From the NCBI GenBank assembly GCA_902604225.1, contig CACKXV010000004.1:1-60134 (forward strand): a stretch of 60,134 nt of DNA. The letters run 5' to 3'. The notes beneath the pieces are model-generated. The model had not been told where the DNA came from. It searched no databases and worked only from the letters and a program-made list of their open reading frames with translations. This document shows positions 56,891 through 60,134 of the stretch, one piece after another. Each line of letters opens with the position of its first letter. Positions within the stretch are counted from its first letter, which is position 1. A program made the translations under genes and the position numbers. The DNA comes from an uncultured Pelagibacteraceae bacterium. Its GTDB lineage: Bacteria; Pseudomonadota; Alphaproteobacteria; Pelagibacterales; AG-422-B15.

Positions 56891-58016
56891 CGAAAGTAAA
56901 GCTGAACTAACGATCTTTGATAAACTTAGATCTATAAATTATTTTTTACTATCTCTTATATGTACTATATTTTTCATTGGGACTCTTGCGTTATACAGTA
57001 TTTCTAATGGCAATTTCAGTGAATGGCCTATAAAGCATCTGCAAAGATTTATCCTCGGCCTAATTGTTTTTTTTATTGTAGCATTGTTAGATTTGAAAAT
57101 AATTTTTAGATTTGCATATCTGATCTTTATCGCCAGTATTGCCGCGTTAATAATTCTTCTAATAGTTGGAGATGAGATTAATGGTGCTAAACGATGGATA
57201 AGTTTTGCAGGATTCAGTTTACAACCATCAGAATTTGTAAAATATACTTTAATCTTGGCTCTAGCTAAATATTTTCATTCAATGGAGGATTATCACGAAA
57301 ATTTTATTTCTAAATTAATCATACCTAGTTTTATAGTAATTATACCAGTTGCATTTGTTGTAATTCAGCCTGATCTGGGAACAGCATTAGTGATCTTTTT
57401 AGGTGGTGTGAGTGTCATATGGATCTCAGGTCTTAATTATAAATATTTTATCTCTGGGATTTTAGGGTTCATGCTATCTTTACCAATCTTGTGGCAGTAT
57501 TTAAAGGAATATCAAAAAGACAGAGTCTTCACTTTTTTTAATCCAGAGAGGGATCCTCTTGGAAATGGTTATCATATCACTCAATCTAAGATTGCTTTAG
57601 GATCGGGAGGCATTTTTGGTAAAGGATATATGGAAGGCACTCAAAGCCATCTTAACTTTCTCCCTGAAATGCAAACAGACTTTATTTTCACAATGTTTGG
57701 AGAAGAATTTGGATTTATTGGATCTATAATTTTGATTTTACTTTACATGGCACTGATTGGTATCGCTATCAGAATGGCACTGACGTCAAAGAGTTTATTT
57801 AGTAAATTTTTATCTTTAGGAGTTTGTTCAGTATTTTTTATTTATGTTTTTGTTAATATTGGCATGGTGACAGGACTTTTACCTGTAGTTGGAGTACCTT
57901 TGCCGTTTATATCATATGGAGGAAGTTCTATGTTAGCTGTGATGTTTGGATTTGGGTTACTGACTAATTGTTATATTAATTATAATACAACTTTAACAAA
58001 GGGTAGCTTTATATAA
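56883..58016 (+). CDS. rodA: SEDS protein RodA
   Basis: GAKRWI, QPSEF, QPDLGT, LPEMQTDFIF, PFISYGGSS. Confidence 0.96.
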   Translation: MFSESKAELTIFDKLRSINYFLLSLICTIFFIGTLALYSISNGNFSEWPIKHLQRFILGLIVFFIVALLDLKIIFRFAYLIFIASIAALIILLIVGDEINGAKRWISFAGFSLQPSEFVKYTLILALAKYFHSMEDYHENFISKLIIPSFIVIIPVAFVVIQPDLGTALVIFLGGVSVIWISGLNYKYFISGILGFMLSLPILWQYLKEYQKDRVFTFFNPERDPLGNGYHITQSKIALGSGGIFGKGYMEGTQSHLNFLPEMQTDFIFTMFGEEFGFIGSIILILLYMALIGIAIRMALTSKSLFSKFLSLGVCSVFFIYVFVNIGMVTGLLPVVGVPLPFISYGGSSMLAVMFGFGLLTNCYINYNTTLTKGSFI

Positions 58017-58019
58017 AAT

Positions 58020-59126
58020 TTACTGTTTTGGAAAGTAATCTTCCTTTTGACCTTCACGATATACATCTGTGGTTGCGCAGTGAAGTGCGCCACCGAACGG
58101 ATAAGCATCTCTAAAAGGAATAGGAATAACTTCAAAACCTAATTTACTAATTTGTTCACATTGGTAGACTTCACTCTCTTCTACACACACAGTTTTTGGA
58201 TCTATAACTAAAACATTCATGCTCAACCAAATGCTAGAATAGCATAAAGGAGGTGGTTCATTATGTGCGGGCTGAGCAGCATCAATAATTTGCCATTCGT
58301 TTTGTTCAAAAATTTTTCTTTGCTCGTCAGGTAATCGCCTTGTTGGGTTATTAATTATGAGACCTGGTTTTAAAGGAGTGAATGTTGCATCTATGTGAAT
58401 AGGATAGGGATCACCCGGAAAATTTAAGGTATGAATTCTATGTTCCTTGAAGTGCCTCTTGAGCCAATTGCTTCCTTTTAAATTAGTTGTAAACCCATGT
58501 TGTACAAATAAATCTTTTCCCATTCTTAAAATATCTGCGGCATCAAATAGTATTTCTTTTTCAGTTGTCACGAATTCCCTTTTTGCAACCATATCTAATC
58601 GTTCATCTAACGATATTTCATCATTTAAATAATTTTCTCGATAGCTACTATCTGTTAATCTTGGTTTGGGTGCAGTTTCCATTCTCATATCTGGATCTTC
58701 ATTGTAATATTTTTCTAATAATGGTCTGTAACAAAGATATTCAAACCATCTCGACCTATAGGACATTGTGGCTTCAAGCATTTCATTCCCAAGAGTAAGA
58801 ATAACATCTCGAGGAGGCATGCAGCCAAACATTGATCCATTTTCCCAGTCGGGTGTCGAAATTTTTTGATTAAAGTCAAGCGGAGTAGGTCGATCAACTT
58901 TTATTCCTCTTTTTTCTAAAATATTTGAAAAATTATCCAGTTGATAGTTAGCCTTATGTATAGATTCTTCACTTCGGGGGCCATGCATTCCCTTCATATC
59001 ACTATCCTCAGGTATCTTTGGATCAGTTGCAGGTTCGGCAGGTGGTATGCAACAGTTATCTGCTTTTCCAACTATTATGTGTTTGAGTGGATCCCACTCA
59101 TTCCAGGAATTTACAATTTTGACCAT
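58020..59126 (-). CDS. Amidinotransferase (L-arginine:glycine amidinotransferase-like)
   Basis: NSWNEWDPL, CMPPRD, RSRWFE, catalytic triad motifs FDAAD, HIDAT, GGALHCAT. Confidence 0.92.
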   Translation of the reverse strand: MVKIVNSWNEWDPLKHIIVGKADNCCIPPAEPATDPKIPEDSDMKGMHGPRSEESIHKANYQLDNFSNILEKRGIKVDRPTPLDFNQKISTPDWENGSMFGCMPPRDVILTLGNEMLEATMSYRSRWFEYLCYRPLLEKYYNEDPDMRMETAPKPRLTDSSYRENYLNDEISLDERLDMVAKREFVTTEKEILFDAADILRMGKDLFVQHGFTTNLKGSNWLKRHFKEHRIHTLNFPGDPYPIHIDATFTPLKPGLIINNPTRRLPDEQRKIFEQNEWQIIDAAQPAHNEPPPLCYSSIWLSMNVLVIDPKTVCVEESEVYQCEQISKLGFEVIPIPFRDAYPFGGALHCATTDVYREGQKEDYFPKQ

Positions 59127-59221
59127 AGTTTTCTGACAGTAAATTTGAAAAAATATTGCCTTGAATTCAAGCTAAATTGAAAGTAAGAGTCAAGCAATTT
59201 TCATTAAACAAGGAGTTGATC

Positions 59222-60134
59222 TTGGTAAATAATAATGAGAGTTTTGACACTGTTATCGTTGGCTCAGGGCTATTAGGGCAGATTTGTGCACTGCTGTGTA
59301 GTAAATTTAATTTAAAAACATTATTAATTTCAAAAAACTCTATTAATGAAAACGCCTTAAAAGAGATCTCGTTTGATGAAGAAACAGCAAGATTGTTAGA
59401 CAGCATTGGAGTTTATTCCAAGATTAACGATTTAATCAATATGCCTAAATATACTGATTTAGTAACTACAGACTCTACTATTGTGCAACGTAGTCCTGTC
59501 ATTAAAGCAAAGAATAGCTTTCCTTCTTTAATGACATTTATCCCAGGCGATCTAGAAGAAGAAATGCTTAAAAGTTGCAGTGAAGATCCAAATATAAAGG
59601 TGTTAGATAATTTTATTATTTCTCATTTTGAGAGTGGTACAAATTCTTATTCTCTCAAAAATGCTAATAGTACAATCAAAGTTGAAGCACCTTTTTTGAT
59701 TTGCTCTGACGAAAGTGATGAATTTGTAAATAAAAAATTAAATATCAATTATGATGACCTTGGTTACGCAAGAGAGTGGCTTATAGTAGATATTTCTCTT
59801 AAAAATGGAGATGATCTAGAAAACGTTTTTAGACAGATATGCGATCCGATCAGACCAACCTCATATATTGCACTTTCTGAGATACGATACCGATTTCAAT
59901 TTCAGCTATTAACTGGAGAAAAAAAAGAGGATATGTGTTCAATAAGTAAAGTTCATGATTTAATCTCAAATTGGCTTGCTCCCCATCAGTACAACATTGA
60001 ATATTTAACAACTTTTGAGTTTAAGGGTAGGTGTGCATATAATTTTCAAACGGAAAATATTTTTCTAATTGGCAAGGCTGCATATCAGATTCCGCCATAT
60101 GCAGCACAAAGTTTAAATAGTGGAATAAGAGATT
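59222..60134 (+). CDS. MhpA-like FAD-dependent monooxygenase homolog with degenerate motifs; partial, runs off the window
   Basis: Not in ORF track; SD AGGAG + TTG 59222, frame open to the end: DTVIVGSGLLG, WLIVD, ICDPIRP, IFLIGKAAYQIPPYAAQSLNSGIRD. Confidence 0.8.
   Translation, partial: MVNNNESFDTVIVGSGLLGQICALLCSKFNLKTLLISKNSINENALKEISFDEETARLLDSIGVYSKINDLINMPKYTDLVTTDSTIVQRSPVIKAKNSFPSLMTFIPGDLEEEMLKSCSEDPNIKVLDNFIISHFESGTNSYSLKNANSTIKVEAPFLICSDESDEFVNKKLNINYDDLGYAREWLIVDISLKNGDDLENVFRQICDPIRPTSYIALSEIRYRFQFQLLTGEKKEDMCSISKVHDLISNWLAPHQYNIEYLTTFEFKGRCAYNFQTENIFLIGKAAYQIPPYAAQSLNSGIRD

Overview
AT-rich (roughly 30% GC by eye, not computed), very gene-dense chromosomal segment from a streamlined alphaproteobacterium. 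Gene order and the permuted tmRNA suggest a SAR11/HIMB59-like marine lineage (inference). About 1-9.6 kb is an accessory block of poorly characterised enzymes: OYE-family oxidoreductase, TPR protein, SRAP/YedK, BT1-like MFS transporter, a small 2-TM protein, GST, an orphan beta-propeller, a serine hydrolase, an ABM-like protein, a PMT-like methyltransferase, DUF2805 and a rhodanese. The rest is mostly core genome: mlaC/mlaA, an EamA transporter, an amidase, rnpB, a complete but rearranged dcw cluster, lpxC-bamD-ligA, pepP-uvrD-RHH-fumC, a two-piece tmRNA, thyX, mrp, hflKC, degP, miaA, ilvBNC, leuA, mreBCD-mrdA-rodA, an amidinotransferase and a partial MhpA-like flavoprotein. Most notable: (1) ftsZ sits between mraZ and rsmH, behind five MraZ boxes, while FtsA has a degenerate ATP site; (2) an unannotated 33-codon Leu-rich leader precedes leuA, with its stop codon inside the loop of the GC hairpin; (3) the tmRNA has a 7-nt intervening segment and a short tag, and a 26-aa hydrophobic ORF occupies the usual sspB slot; (4) a coupled small-membrane-protein/GST/beta-propeller module of unknown function; (5) a probable CUG start codon; (6) a flavoprotein monooxygenase homolog with decayed FAD motifs facing an amidinotransferase. 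No CRISPR array, tRNA, rRNA, integrase or IS was seen. All family calls are by motif recognition, not database search.
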